A DNA stretch of 64,000 bases from the NCBI GenBank assembly GCA_030390025.1, contig CM059433.1, forward strand, positions 27,964,001 through 28,028,000. The letters are read 5' to 3'. Under the pieces are notes generated by a model. It saw only the letters and a list, made by a program, of their open reading frames with translations, was not told where the DNA came from and did not search any database. Of the stretch, positions 1-13,044 are shown one piece after another. Within the stretch, counting starts at the first letter, position 1. Each line of letters begins with the position of its first letter. The position numbers and the translations under genes were made by a program. The DNA is from Squalus acanthias. Lineage: Eukaryota.

Positions 1-540
1 ACATTCTCACCACTCTGGGTAAAGAAGTTTCTCCTGAATTCCCTACAGGCTATATTAGTGACTATCTATCTCTCTCTCTCTACGTCTGCCCTATCAAACC
101 CTTTCATTATCTAAAAGACCTCTGTCAGGTTACCCCTCAGCCTTCTCTTTTCTAAAGAAAAGAGCCCCAATCTGTTCAGTCTTTTCCGATAGGTATAACC
201 TGCTCTGTATTGTCACATTCAGCAACATGTTTTGCCAATCGCTCTCTCTTTTATTCTCTCTCTCTCTCACACACAGTGTTAAACCATCAGGTGGTGAAGG
301 TAGATATAAAGACAATAATTTAAAAAAATTATCACAGAGGTTCTCTAGTGAGGGAGAGGAAGAAAGAAAAAGAACATAACATATTCAATGAGAGGTCAAC
401 CTCATTTTAAAATCAATTCTCTTTTTTTTTTAAATGGGTCATGAATTTTCACTCCCCTTTCAGTCTTGCAGTGCTAACTACAGGTAAAGCAGATAAGTAA
501 TCCAAGTGCGTGACAAGTAACTAAACTGAGGCACACTTAC

Positions 541-636
541 CTCCAACAATTTATACAGCTGCTTTATTTTAGCTTTGTCCTTCTCTTTAGGTGGGATTTC
601 TGTGTCTTTGAACTGTATGTACTGGTTATAAAGTGC
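541..636 (-). CDS. DST: Dystonin exon ([32 protein letters not shown])
   Basis: 96 nt, ACAG| acceptor, GAG|GTAAGT donor, phase 0/0; the gene continues past the window start. Confidence 0.93.
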
Positions 637-812
637 CTGTCGAAAGTAACAATCGACAAGTTAGAAGTTGTCCAACTGTCCCTCAGAAGAAATTTCAAAA
701 ACAACTGACAAAAGTGCTTGGAAATTAAGTCCGATCATTTCAGATTTCTAGCATCCGCAGTATTTTGCTTTTGTTTTCGGGAACCGAGTCCTTTCATTCT
801 GCAGCACCTTAC

Positions 813-932
813 CTTAAGTTCTGCAGGATTGTTCGAATAGCTCCGATCGGACATAACGGTCACATGATGCTTGATCCATTGGATGAGGTAGTTCACCATA
901 TTCTGGTATTCTATCCACTTGACATCGACATC
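813..932 (-). CDS. DST: Dystonin exon, start of plakin region ([40 protein letters not shown])
   Basis: 120 nt, CTAG| acceptor, AAG|GTAAGG donor, phase 0/0. Confidence 0.93.
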
Positions 933-1078
933 CTAGCAGAAGCCCAAACAAATTTAAAAAAGGTCATTTCAATTCAAAAACCCAATGCATCGTCTTCCAA
1001 ATCAAACATGTGTGTTGACTTTTTAAAGGAGGAAATGGATCGCCATTCGCTGAGTAGTGATACATTACAGTGCCTTAC

Positions 1079-1185
1079 ATTTGCATTGACGCCTTCACCG
1101 CCTTCGGGGACTTTGGGAAAGACATCATACAGCGACGACACATAAGTGATCACAGACTTCTCATCGGGGGATGCAACGTTAACAT
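1079..1185 (-). CDS. DST: Dystonin exon, end of CH2 ([36 protein letters not shown])
   Basis: 107 nt, CTTAG| acceptor, |GTAAGG donor, phase 1/0; [12 protein letters not shown] motif. Confidence 0.95.
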
Positions 1186-1986
1186 CTAAGGAGAGAGCAA
1201 GCATCACTTCACTGAAACACCAACTACATGGTGAAACATTTAGAGCACTTGTCAACGTGCATTTGGTCACATCACAGACTACAGCAGGAAAAAGATGCCA
1301 CAACTTAATGAAATTCTCAAGATAATAAGGAACATTGTTTATTTCTGTCTCGTAGAATTATAGAATGATACAGCACAGAAAGAGGCCATTCGCCCCATCG
1401 TGCCTGTGCCGGCTCTTTGAAAGAACTATCCAACTAGTCCCTCTCCCCCCACTCTTTTCCCACAACACTACAAATTTTTCCCTTTCAAGTATTTAACCAA
1501 TTTCCTTTTGAAAGTTACTACTGAATCTGCTTCCACCGCCCTTTCAGGCAGTGCATTCCAGGTTATAACTCACTGCGTAAAACAAACTTCTTCCCAGCTC
1601 ACCTCTGGTTCTTTTGCCAATTATCTTAAATCTGTGCCCTCTGCTTACTGACCTTTCTGCCCGTGGAAACACTTTCTCTTCATTTACTCTACCCAACACG
1701 ATATTAAATCTCCCTTTAACCTACTCTGCTCTAAGGAGAGCAACTGTAACACGGACACACAAAAAATCTGACCACATTTTCCAGAGAGTGGATTATTGCT
1801 AATGTATTAAATGGATTCTTGCAGTCCATAAAAAATTAGAAAGCAATAAATGACTAATATGTTTCCGCCTGGTCGCTAATGTGAGTGAAGTCAGTGCAAG
1901 TACAAAATGGGGAAACCTGCTTTTACAAGGTTACATTATCACAGTGACAGAGATCATCATGTTTACTAAATGGCCAACAAGTTTAC

Positions 1987-2099
1987 CTTCTGGGTCCAAG
2001 AGCCTCGTGACACCAAGTTTTTCGGCTACACCAAAGGCTTGCTCCAAATTGCTCACGTTACTCTGAACTGCTACTTGACTCATATCTACCAGGTCCGGC
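1987..2099 (-). CDS. DST: Dystonin exon, CH2 ([37 protein letters not shown])
   Basis: 113 nt, TTTCAG| acceptor, G|GTAAAC donor, phase 2/1 matching both neighbours. Confidence 0.95.
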
Positions 2100-2204
2100 C
2101 TGAAATTCAGAACAAGATATCAGATCATGGTTAGACAGCTTTCAGGAAATTACCATTCCTGTATTTAACTACACAGACCAACAAAGTGACTAAAGCTTGG
2201 TTAG

Positions 2205-2735
2205 ACTGCATCTGGAATACTGTGTTCAGTTCTGGACACCGCACCTCAGGAAGGATATATTGGCCTTGGAATGGGATGCAATGCAGATTCACCAGAATGA
2301 TACCGGGGCTAAAAGGGTTAAATTATGAGGGCAGGTTGCATAGACTAGGCTTGTATTCCCTTGGGTGTAGAAGATTAAGGGGTGATCTACGTGAGATGTT
2401 TAAGATGATCAAAGGAGTTGAAAGGGTAGATAGAGAGAAACTATTCCCTCGGGTGGGGGAATCCAGAACAAGGGGGTATAACCTTAAAATTAGAGTTAGT
2501 CCTTTCAGGGGTGATATCAAGAAGCACTTCTTCACACAAAGGGTAGTAGAAATCTGGAACTCTCTCCCCCAAAAAGCTGTTGAGACTGGGGGTCAATTGA
2601 AAATTTCAAAATGGAGATTGATAGAATTTTGTTGGATAAGGGTATTAAGGGTTACGGGACCAAGGCAGGTAGATGGAGTTAAGATACAAATCAGCCACGA
2701 TCTAATTGAATGGCCTACTCCTGTTCCTATGACTA
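2205..2735 (+). mobile_element. CR1 LINE 3' fragment
   Basis: RRLRGDL...FFTQRVVEIWNSLP. Similar fragments at about 1-205, 1352-1745, 9365-9890, 12045-12605, 20300-20730, 21110-21475, 28108-28640, 33990-34622, 34890-35447, 48085-48380, 54765-55190, 58762-59390 and 59493-60395. Confidence 0.8.
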
Positions 2736-2879
2736 CACTCAAATTATAGCAAATTACCACAAATATTAACTGTACAATTGGAGGAACAACAAAGTAGCAA
2801 GAGACAGCTAGAGAAGCAGGGCGAGTTCAGCTGCCTCAATTAGAACGACTGGTCTATTTTTTTTAAATAGAGGACTTTT

Positions 2880-4033
2880 GGAAGCCAATTTGTACCTAGC
2901 AATGTCACACAAATAGCAAGGAGATAATTGACCAGTTAATCTACTTTTGTGAAGTTGATTGAGGGATAAATATTGGCCAGGACACCAGGGAGACCTCCCT
3001 TGCTCTTCCTTGAATAGTGCCATGGGATCTTTTACGTCCACCCGAGGGAGCAGACAGGGCTTCGGTTTAACGTCTCATCCGAAAGACGGCACCTCCGACA
3101 GTGCAGCACTCCCTCAGTTCCGAGGAGTGCCAGACTAGATTATGTGCTCAAATCCTGGAGTGGGACTTTAACTCAACCTTCTTACTTAGAGGCGAGCGTG
3201 CTAACCACCTGAGCCAAGCTGACACTAACTCTGTTAACACCAGTTTCTGCTTAGGTGATCAGCATCAATATGAACAAGAAAAATAAACACAAAAACTGTG
3301 GAACAATTAAGGTAATGATTTCGGAAAGCACACATATGGCTTGCTGCCAATAAAAGATTCTCAATTTTTCCAGAATGTAATATTGCCCGAGCCAGCAGAT
3401 TACCTAATCAAATACTTCTCCCAAGTTAATACAAAGAATAATTGTTAATTTTATCCAGGTGTACCTTATGTCATACTTCAGTGAACATTTTCTAAACTTT
3501 CCATTTCAGCACTTCACATTCTATTAACCTTTGCTATTTAGATATCTTGCAAAATCTTTCTTCAAGATGTGCAAGTTAGAAATGGGTGGGAGAAATAGTA
3601 ACTTAACACTGACATTCTGGGCTCAACATGAAAGAGAGGTCGAGAGGGGGGAAAGAAGGAAAGAAGTTGCGTTTATACAGTGCCTTTCATGGCCTAAGGA
3701 CATCAAAAAGCGTTTTACAGACAACGAAGTCATTTTGAAGTGTCGTCACTGTTGAAACGTAGGAAACGCAGCAGCCAATTTACACACAGCAAGCTCCCAC
3801 AAACAGCAATGTGATAATGACCAGATAATCTGATTTACTGATGTTGATTGAGGGATAAATATTGGCCAGGACACCGGGGAGAACTCCCCTGCTCTCCTTT
3901 GAAATAGTGTCGTGGGATCTTTTACGTCCACCTGAGGACGTAAACGGGGCCCTCGGTTTAACGTCTCATCCGAAAGACGGCACCTCCCAACAGTGCAGTG
4001 CTCCCTTAGTACTGCACTGGAGTGTCTGCTTAG
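2880..4033 (-). mobile_element. Two Deu-domain SINE copies (2880-3225 and 3655-4033)
   Basis: Both contain CGGTTTAACGTCTCATCCGAAAGACGGCACCTCC. Further fragments at 8058-8205, 8705-8960, 10228-10420, 23310-23450, 23720-23995, 39570-39760 and 50457-50630. Confidence 0.82.
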
Positions 4034-4234
4034 TCTGGAGACTCTAAACCAGTTACCTATCCTCTTGGACCAGCAAATAAGGAGTAAAATAAGGCAAGTT
4101 ACTCTTAAATCAAAAGGAAATAACTAAACTGACTTAAAACATTCAAAATATCAGTTTCTCAGACCAGGGATATTGTCCCTGTGTTTGGGAGCAAAACATG
4201 GAGTCAAAAATTCCTTTTTGTAGTAGTAATGTTT

Positions 4235-7200
4235 TTTGGTTCACAAATGTCCTTTGGACCTCTGGAAAGGAAACCTGCTCTCCGTACCAAGTTTGGTCGA
4301 CACGCAACTCCAGTCCCACACCAACGCGACTGACTCTTAACTGCCCTCTGAAGTGGCCGAGCAAGATATTCCATCGTAGAAAAGCACTACAAAGAATAAC
4401 CAGATTAAAACCAGATGGACCACTCGGCTCCAGACCACATTACAGCCTTGGTCCAAACTTGGACAGAAGACCAGAATTCCAGAGGTGAGGCAAAAGTGAC
4501 TGCCCTTGACATCAAGGTGGCATTTGACCGAGTGTGACACCAACAGCCAGAGTCAAACTGTAGTTAACAGATATCGGAGGAAAACTCGCCTGTGGCTGGA
4601 GTCGTACCATTTACCAGAAACTCAACTGGACCAGACACATAAATGCCATGGCTACAAGAGCAGGTCAGAAGCTGGGTATTCTGCAGCGAGTGGCTCACCT
4701 CCTGACTCACAGAAACAGAGAAGATAGGAGCAGGAGTAGGCCATTCGGCCCCTCGAGCCTGCTCCGCCATTCAATGCGATCATGGCTGATCATCCAAATT
4801 CAGTACCCTGTCCCTGCTTTCTCCCCATATCCCTTGATCCTTTAGCCTTAAGAAATATATCTAACTCCTTCTTGAATATATTTAATGAATTGGCCTCAAC
4901 TGCCTTCTGTGGTAGAGAATTCCACAGGTTCACCACTCTCTGGGTGAAGAAACTCCTCCTCATCTCAGTCCTAAATGGCTTACCCCTTATCCTTAGACTG
5001 TGACCCCTGGTTCTGGACTCCCCCGCCATCGGGAACAGCCTTCCTGCATCTAGTCTGTCTAGTCCTGTTAGAATTTTATAAGTTTCAATGAGATCCCCTC
5101 TCATTCTTCTAAACTCTAGCGAATATAAGCCTAATCGACCCAATCTCTCTTCATACGTCATTCCTGCCATCCCAGGTATCAGTCTGGTGAATCTTCGCTG
5201 CACTCCCTCCATGGCAAGAACATCCTTCCTCAGATAAGGCGACCAAAACTGCACACAATACTCAAGGTGTGGTCTCACCAAGGCCCTGTACAACTGTAGC
5301 AAGACATCCTTGCTCTTGCACTCAAATCCTCTCACTATGAAGGCCAACATACCATTTGCCTTCTTAACCGCCTGCTGCACCTGCATGCTTACCTTCAGCA
5401 ACTGGTGCACAAGGACACCCAGATCTCGTTGCACTTCCCCTTTTCCCAATCTATTGCCATTCAGATAATAATCTGCCTTCCTGTTTTTGCCACCAAAGTG
5501 GATAACCTCGCATTTATCCACATTATACTGCATCTGCCAAGCATCTGCCCAATCACCCAACCTGTCCAAATCATACAGGAGTTTCTCTGCATCCTCCTCA
5601 CAGCACACACGCCTACCCAGCTTTGTGTCGTCTGCAAACTTGGAGATATTACATCTAGTTCCCTCGTCTAGATCATTAATATATATTGTGAATAACTGGG
5701 GTCCTAACACCGATCCCTGCAGTACCCTACTAGTCACTGCCTGCCACTCGGAAAAAGACCCGTTTATTCCAACTCTTTGCTTCCTGTCTGCCAACCAGTT
5801 TTCTATCCAAGACAGTACCTTACCCCCAATCCCGTGTGCTTTAACTTTGCACGCTAATCTCTTATGCGGGACCTTCTTGAAAGCCTTCTGAAAGTCCAAA
5901 TACACCATATCCACTGGTTCTCCTTTATCTATTCTACCAGTTACATCCTCAAAAAATTCCAGGAGATTAGTCAAGCATGATTTACCTTTTGTAAATCCAT
6001 GTTGACTTTGTCCGATCCTGTCACTGTTTTCCAAGTGCTCTGCTATTACATCTTTTATAATGGACTCTAGCATTTTCCCCACTACCGATGTCAGACTTAC
6101 CGGTTTATAATTCCCCGTTTTCTCTCTACCACCTTTTTTAAATAGTGGGGTTACATTAGCTACCCTCCAATCCATGGGAACTGTTCCAAAATTCTATAGA
6201 TTCTGGAAGATGACCAGCAATGTATCTACTATTTCTAGGGCCACTTCCTTAAGTACCCTAGGATGTAGATTATCAGGCCCTGGGGATTTATCGGCCTTCA
6301 AACCCGTCAATTTCCCGAACACCATTTCCCTACAAATACTGATTTCATTCAGTTCCTCCCTCTCATTCGACCCTATGTTCCCCGACATCTCTGGGAGTTT
6401 ATTTGGGTCCTCCTTTGTAAAGACAGAACCAAAGTATGTATTTAATTGGTCTGCCATTGTTCCCCATTTTAAATTCCCCTGATTCTGACTGCAAGGGACC
6501 TACGCTTGACTTCACCAATCTTTTTCTCTTCACATATCTGTAGAAGCTTTTACAGTCAGTTTTTATGTTCCCTGCAAGCTTACTCTCGTACTCTATTTCC
6601 CCCCTCTTAATTAATCCCTTTGTCCTCCTTTGCTGAATCCTAAACTGCTCCCAATCCTCAGGTTTGCTGCTTTTTCTGGCCAATTTATATGTCCTCTCCT
6701 TGGATCTTATGCTATCCCTAATTTCCCTTGTTAGCCACGGTTGAGTCACCTTTTTTGTTTTATTTTACGCCAAACAGGGATGAACAAATTCTGTAGTTCA
6801 TCCATGCGATCTTTAAATGTTTGCCATTGTCTATCCACCATCAACCCTTTAAGTAACATTCCCCAATCCATTCTAGCCAACTCACGCCTCATACCATCGT
6901 AGTTTCCTTTATTTAAATTCAGTACCCTAGTCTCTGAGTCAACTACTACTTCACTCTCCATCTTAATGAAGAATTCTATCATATTATGATCGCTCCTCCC
7001 CAAGGGGCCTCGCACAACAAGATTGCTAATTAATCCTTTCTCATTACATAATACCCAGTCTAAGATGGCCTGATCTCTTGTTGGTTCCTCGACATATTGG
7101 TCCAGGAAACCATTCCGTATACACTCTAGGAATTCCTCTTCCACAGTATTGTTACTAATTTGGTTAGCCCAATCTATATGTAGATTAAAGTCACCCATGA

Positions 7201-8058
7201 TAACTGCTGTGCCCTTATTGCACACATCACTAATTTCCAGTTTAATGCCATCCCCAACCACAGCATTACTGTTTGGGGGTCTGTATACAACTCCCACTAA
7301 CGTTTTCTGCCCCTTGGTATTTCTCAGCTCTACCCATACAGATTCCACATCATCAGAGCTAATATCCTTCCTTACTATTGTGTTAATCTCCTCTTTAACC
7401 AGCAATGCTACCCCACCTCCTTTTCCTTTTTGCCTGTCCTTCCCGAATATTGAATACCCCCGGATGTTGAATTCCCAGCCTTGGTCACCCTGGAGCCATG
7501 TCTCCGTAATCCCAATTATATCATATCCGTTTACATCTATTTGCGCAGCGAATTCATCCACCTTATTACGAATACTCCTCGCATTAAGACACAAAGCCTT
7601 CAGGCTTGTTTTTTTAACACTCTTAGACCTTTTAGAATTATTGTTTACTGTGGCCATGTTTGATTTACACCCTTGATTTCTCTGCCTTCCACTTTTGCTT
7701 TTCTCCTTCCTGTCTTTTGCTTCTATCCTTGCTTCCCTTTCCTCTGTCTCCCTGCACAGGTTCCCAACCCCCTGCCATTTTAGTTTAAACCCTCCCCAAC
7801 AGCACTGGCAAACACTCCCCCTAGGACATCGGTCCCGGTCCTGCCCAGGTGCAAACTCCCCAAAGCCTCTCCACCACCTAAAAGGCACAAGTCAGGAATG
7901 TAATGGGTGCAGCTGCAACAACACTCAAGAAGCTGGACAACATTCAGGACAAAGCAGCTTGCTTGATCAGCACTTCTCCAATTGCCTAAATATCCACCCC
8001 CTCCACCACCAGCGTAATGTGGCTGTAGTGTGCAGTATCGACAGGATGCACTGCAACA
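4235..8058 (+). mobile_element. Internally deleted copy of the 13045-16219 LINE family (4235-4708 plus 7855-8058), split by the CR1 insertion
   Basis: Blocks match the long copy in order at about 13115-13310, 14975-15160, 15565-15660 and 15660-15890. Confidence 0.8.
4709..7854 (-). mobile_element. CR1 LINE, 5'-truncated in ORF1; near-complete ORF2 (APE endonuclease + RT) broken by about 3 frameshifts
   Basis: ORFs 6746-7888 (LNARSIRNK, GITETW, MGDFN, SDH) and 4790-6175 (QHGF, LDFQKAF, QGSVLGP, FADDTKL). ORF1 esterase-type C-terminus LHLGRTGT...GEGLN; flanked by ACTC duplication. Confidence 0.92.
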
Positions 8059-11000
8059 GTGCTGTTTGTGGGAACTTGCTGTGCGCAAATTGGCTGCTGT
8101 GTTTCGTACATTACAACAGTAATTGCACTTCAGAAGTACTTCATTGGCTGTAAAGCACTTTGGGACGTCCCGAGGTCGTGAAAGGCGCTATATAAATGCA
8201 AGTTCTTTCTTTTCTTTTCTAACTGCGCATTACAACAGGGTAAGGCTTCAACTAGAGATGGGCATTCCGAAAGCTTGGCTTCTTGCGTGAATTGCGTGGA
8301 TGGTCCGAAGTGAAGAGCTTGGCTCAGAAAGCTGCAAAGTCTGGATCGCCCAAAAGCCTAACACTACTTAATATTAAATGCGTGGTGAAACATTTCACCT
8401 TGAGGGATCTTCGATTCTGAATATTGTGTACCTCCTAGGTTTAATCCTGAAGCTGTCTGAACAGGCAATCAAGCAAGTAGATACAGTACAAACAAATATT
8501 TGAATATTCTGCCCAACCAAGGATTAGGCAGGTTCGGGCATATTGCGACAAAGCAGTGAAATTCAATGAGCCTCCGCCAACCACTTCAACACATCCGTCA
8601 CAACATTATTCTAGAGAAATCCAGTCGTGTTACACAATTACATTTTACAAAAGTGAATACATTTAAATACCAAAGGTTGGATGAAAGAAAATAGACCTAA
8701 TAAAGAAAGAGAAAGAACTTGCATATCTACACATGTTCACAACCTCAGGAAGTCCCAAAGCACTTCACGGCCTACTTTTGAAACGTGGTCAATGCTGCAA
8801 TTAGGAAAAGGCAGCAGGCAATTTGCGCACAGCAAGATCTTAGAAACAGCAACGAGATAAATGACCAGATAATCTGTTTTAGTGATGTTGGTTGAGGGAT
8901 AAATGAGGGCACTGGGAGAACTCCCCTGCTCTTCTTCAAATAGTTCCTTGACGTCCCACAAGACACAGGATTCCTGTGATGCATTTGCTGATGGCAGCAG
9001 ACCAGGGTTGCATCGTTGAAATGAGAGGATAGATGAATATCCTGGAATATTCTTTGCTCATTCTTTGGGATCAGGGAGTCTTTATGCAGAACTTTCAGGA
9101 GTTTCAATGCCGAATGGCATTTTCTCATCCTATACTTCAGCTCCAATGTACTTTAGTGTATTCCACATGGAGAGACAACAGCAGATAGAAGACAATTTAC
9201 ACTGGATACACAGGTCGGAAAATCAATTCCACTGAGGGGATAATAGTTACCTGAACTAAAGCTGCAATGTGCCAGCGGTTACAATCACTGCAGCAGGCAC
9301 GACAGAGCTACCAGGGAATCCAAGACTGGACATGATCATGGCAGGGGAAGGGATTATACTGGAGTTCATAGGAGGCCATTCGGCCCATTGTGCCTGTGCC
9401 GGCTCTTGGAAAGATCTATCCTATTAGTCCCACGCCTCTGTTCATTTCCCCATTGCCCTGCAAGTATTTATCCAATTCCCTTTTGAATGTTATTATTGAA
9501 TCTGCTTCCACCACCCTTTCAGGCAGTGCATTCCAGATCATAACTCGCTGTGTAAAAAAATTCTCATTTCACCTCTAGTTCTTTTGCCAATTACCTTAAA
9601 TCTGTGTTCTCTGGTTACCAACCCGTCTGCCACTGGAAACAGTTTCTCCTTGTTTACTCTACCAAAATCCTTCATGATTTTGAATGCCTCTATCAAATCT
9701 CCCGTTAACCTTCTCTGCTCTAAGGCGGACAATCCCAGTCTCCCCACGGAACTGAAATCCCTCATCCCAAGTACCATTCTAGTAAATCTTCTCTGCACCC
9801 TCTAAAAGGCCTTGACATCCTTCCTAAAGTGTGGTGCCCAGAATTGGACAAAATACTCCAGCTGAAGCTTAACCAGTGTTTTATAAAGTTACAATCTTTG
9901 CTTTTCACTTGTTCACAAGCCCACGATTCAATGGCATAAACTGCATTGTGATCCAATCTTCCCATCAAATATCCGAATGTGATTCTGCCACCGCTTGTGT
10001 GGTGTTACCATGGAAGAAATAACCCAGCTCTTTAGTCACGAATCGTCCCTAAACAAAACAGTAGTTTGCACAACACTTTCACAGAGACTGTGCCTTTACT
10101 TGTTTTTTTTTAAATGTCCATCAAAGTGAGGAACGCTCGCACTAGGAAGCCAAACTCTTCAGGCGTTCCTAACTGAAAGATTCCAATACGAGTTGCAGCA
10201 CAAACAGACACAAGGCACACGCCACTTTTATCCCTCAACCAACACCTGAAGCAGATCAACTGGTCATTTATCTCACTGCTGTTTGTGGGAGCTTGCTGTG
10301 TGTAAATTGGCTGCCGCATTTCCCTACAGTGACTACACTTCAAAAGTACTTCATGGTTGTAAAGCGGTTTGGGAAATCCTGAGGTCGTGCTATGGCTTGA
10401 TATAAATGCAGTTTGTTCTTTCTTTCTTTCAATTATGGGCGAGGGGACATAGTTTAGTGAAGCATGGCCAAAAAAAAAAAATTTAGACAAGAGTTTTTTT
10501 TTAGTAGGAGGGAAATAGAAAGGTGGGACCGATCAATGGGGGAGGTGGAACTGAAACCACGGCAGGTTTCTTTATAAAATGGACTGGATGAATTCCTGTT
10601 GGTAAATAGGATTCAGGGCCATCGGTGGCAGAATCACATTCGGATATTTGAATGGGAAGATTGGAACAATTGACTGGATGAGCCAATGGGCTTCTTCTGC
10701 CAAAATCATACGATATTGCTCTATGTTATCTCCAATGGCGCCTCTATGCTTCATTGCTACGGTTCTTATGCAATATTTTAATCATACAAATGCCTGGCAA
10801 CAGTTTCTTGTGTGCCTCATCATCTGAACACTGCATCTTCACTTCCAGCCCTAGCACACACTCAGGCACGAACAATTATTTCAATTGCAATCCCACTAAC
10901 AACGTCGAATCACAAGACCCGCATGTTACCCAACCATGACATTTTTATGCACAATTATTGTTTCTGTAATGTACGGGCGGATCCCATCCCATTAACACTT

Positions 11001-11689
11001 GCAAAACACAGCGCAAAGATCTTGGAGGCAAACAAAACTGCCTTCAACCTTTGTTTGGAAGGATAGTGCCAGGATTTTCTTTACACAAACACACCGAAAA
11101 CAAAACAAAACAAAAGTACAAATTTCAGTTTGCGACAGTCAACAATTCAAAGTAGTTTTTCAGGGAAACCCATTTTTTGGAAATGCAGCTTTGTCAACGC
11201 ATCAGGTGATAGAAGTAGAGCTTTCATCCTGCCTCAAAAGTGGGGGGATGTACAAGAGGCCAGAATTGGAGGAGCGCAGAGATCTCGGAGGATTACAGAG
11301 ATAGGGAGGGGCGAGGCCACGTAAGGATTTGAAAACAAGGATGAGATTTGAAAATCGAGACGTTGTTTAACCAGGAGCTAATGTAGGTCAGCGAGCACAG
11401 GGGTGATGGGTGAACGGGACTTGGTGCAAGTTAGGACACGGGCAGCAGAGTTTCGGACAACCTCAAATTTATGGAGGGGAGAACGCAGGATGCCAGCCAG
11501 GAGTGCGTTGGAATAGTCAAGTCTCGAGCTAACAAAGGGATGGATAAGGCTTTCAGCAGCAAATGAGCTGAGGCAGGGGCAGAGTCGGGCGATGTTACGG
11601 AGGTGGAAATAGGCGGTCTTAGTGTGGTCGGAAGCTCATCTCAGGGTCAAATATGACACCAAGGTTGCGAACAGTGTGGTTCAGACTCC

Positions 11690-11990
11690 AGGAATGCCCA
11701 CCTTGAGGAAGTTCCGCTCTTCTCTACAAAGGGATTCCATTTGTCTCTTTTACCTTGTTCACCTTCATTGCTTTCTGTTTCCCTTCTCATGTTTGATCAT
11801 AGACCTTCCCCTTTATTCTTTCCTCCCCTCACTCCTTTTCCCTGCCCGTTTTTCCTTAAAAAGTGTTAAATCGCTAACTTTTTCCAGTTCTGACAAAAGG
11901 TCAACGACCTAAAAGGATAACTCTGTTTTTCTCTGCACGATGCTGTCTGGTTTGTTGAGCGTTTTCCAGCATTTTCTGTTTTTATTACAC
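11690..11990 (+). mobile_element. Penelope-like 3' terminal fragment (second family) with a decayed hammerhead
   Basis: AGTT-CTGACAAA-AGGTC-AAC-GACCT-AAAA...AACT followed by GATGCTG...TTTCCAGCATTTTCTGTTTTTATT. Confidence 0.55.
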
Positions 11991-12702
11991 CCAACACTTG
12001 GCACTTGCACGGCTTTCAATTATTTCACCAGGATACCAGGTTTACATCGAGTGTACAGCACAGAAACAGGCCATTCGGCCCAACTGGTCTATGGCGACGT
12101 TTATGCTGCACACGAGCCTCCTCCACCCTATTTCATCTCCCCCTATCCTTCTATTCCTTTCTCCCTCATGTAATTTTCCAGCTTCCTCTTAAATGCATCT
12201 ATGCTGTTCACCTCGACTACTCGTTGTGGTAGTGAGTTCCACATTCTCATCACTCTGTGGGTGAAGAAGTTTCTCCTCTATCCCCTATTGGATTTATTAG
12301 GGACTATCTTATATTTATGACCTCTAGCTTTGGACTCTCCCCACAAATGGGAACATTTTCTTGACATCTACCCTATTGAACCCTTTCATAATCTTAAAGA
12401 TCTCTATCAGGACACCCCTCAGCCTTCTATTTTCTAGCGAAAAGAGCCTCAGCCTGTATAACCTCTCAGCTCTGGTATCATCCTCGTCAATCTTTATTGC
12501 ACCATCTCTAGTGCCTCTATATCCTTTTCATAATATGGAGACCAGAACTCTGCACAGTACTCCAAGTGTGGTCTAATCAACGTTCAATATAAATTTAACA
12601 AGGAAAGCTTCCTGTATGGTTCATACACTTCATACTCAGTCACAGCAGGAAAAGCTACAAGCACACGGCAGTACGTATCTGCCAGATGTGCAAAAGCAGT
12701 AC

Positions 12703-12869
12703 CTGTATTTATGAATGATTGCGTTGAATAATCTGCCATCTCTCCAGCACGAAGTGAAGTTTTCACACCTGACTCCAGCGTAGCCCTCCGTTGCCTGTTG
12801 TGACCACAGTAACAGTTTCTCCTTGGCCGACATGTCCTCAGACTCCCCAGTAACATGGATGTCAGAGAT
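12703..12869 (-). CDS. DST: Dystonin exon, CH2 first part ([56 protein letters not shown])
   Basis: 167 nt, TTCAG| acceptor, AG|GTAC donor, phase 0/2. [16 protein letters not shown] is dystonin-type rather than MACF1 or plectin. Confidence 0.95.
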
Positions 12870-13044
12870 CTGAAGAACAAATTTTAAAGTTAATAAATAA
12901 CATCGCTGGTGTTTCTTGGTCGCAACAGAAACTTTCCAAACATTTACCATTCTTAAACTAGTCACGACCTTGGTGCAGGGCACCCAACCCTGAGCTCTCA
13001 AGATTCAGAAACCTGCCAAATGGGACAATCTGAGGCATGACCCA

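Noticed and set aside
4790..6175. Host or prokaryote-type reverse transcriptase gene (retron, group II intron)
   Set aside because: Colinear with an APE endonuclease and a CR1 3' tail, so it is an ordinary LINE ORF2.
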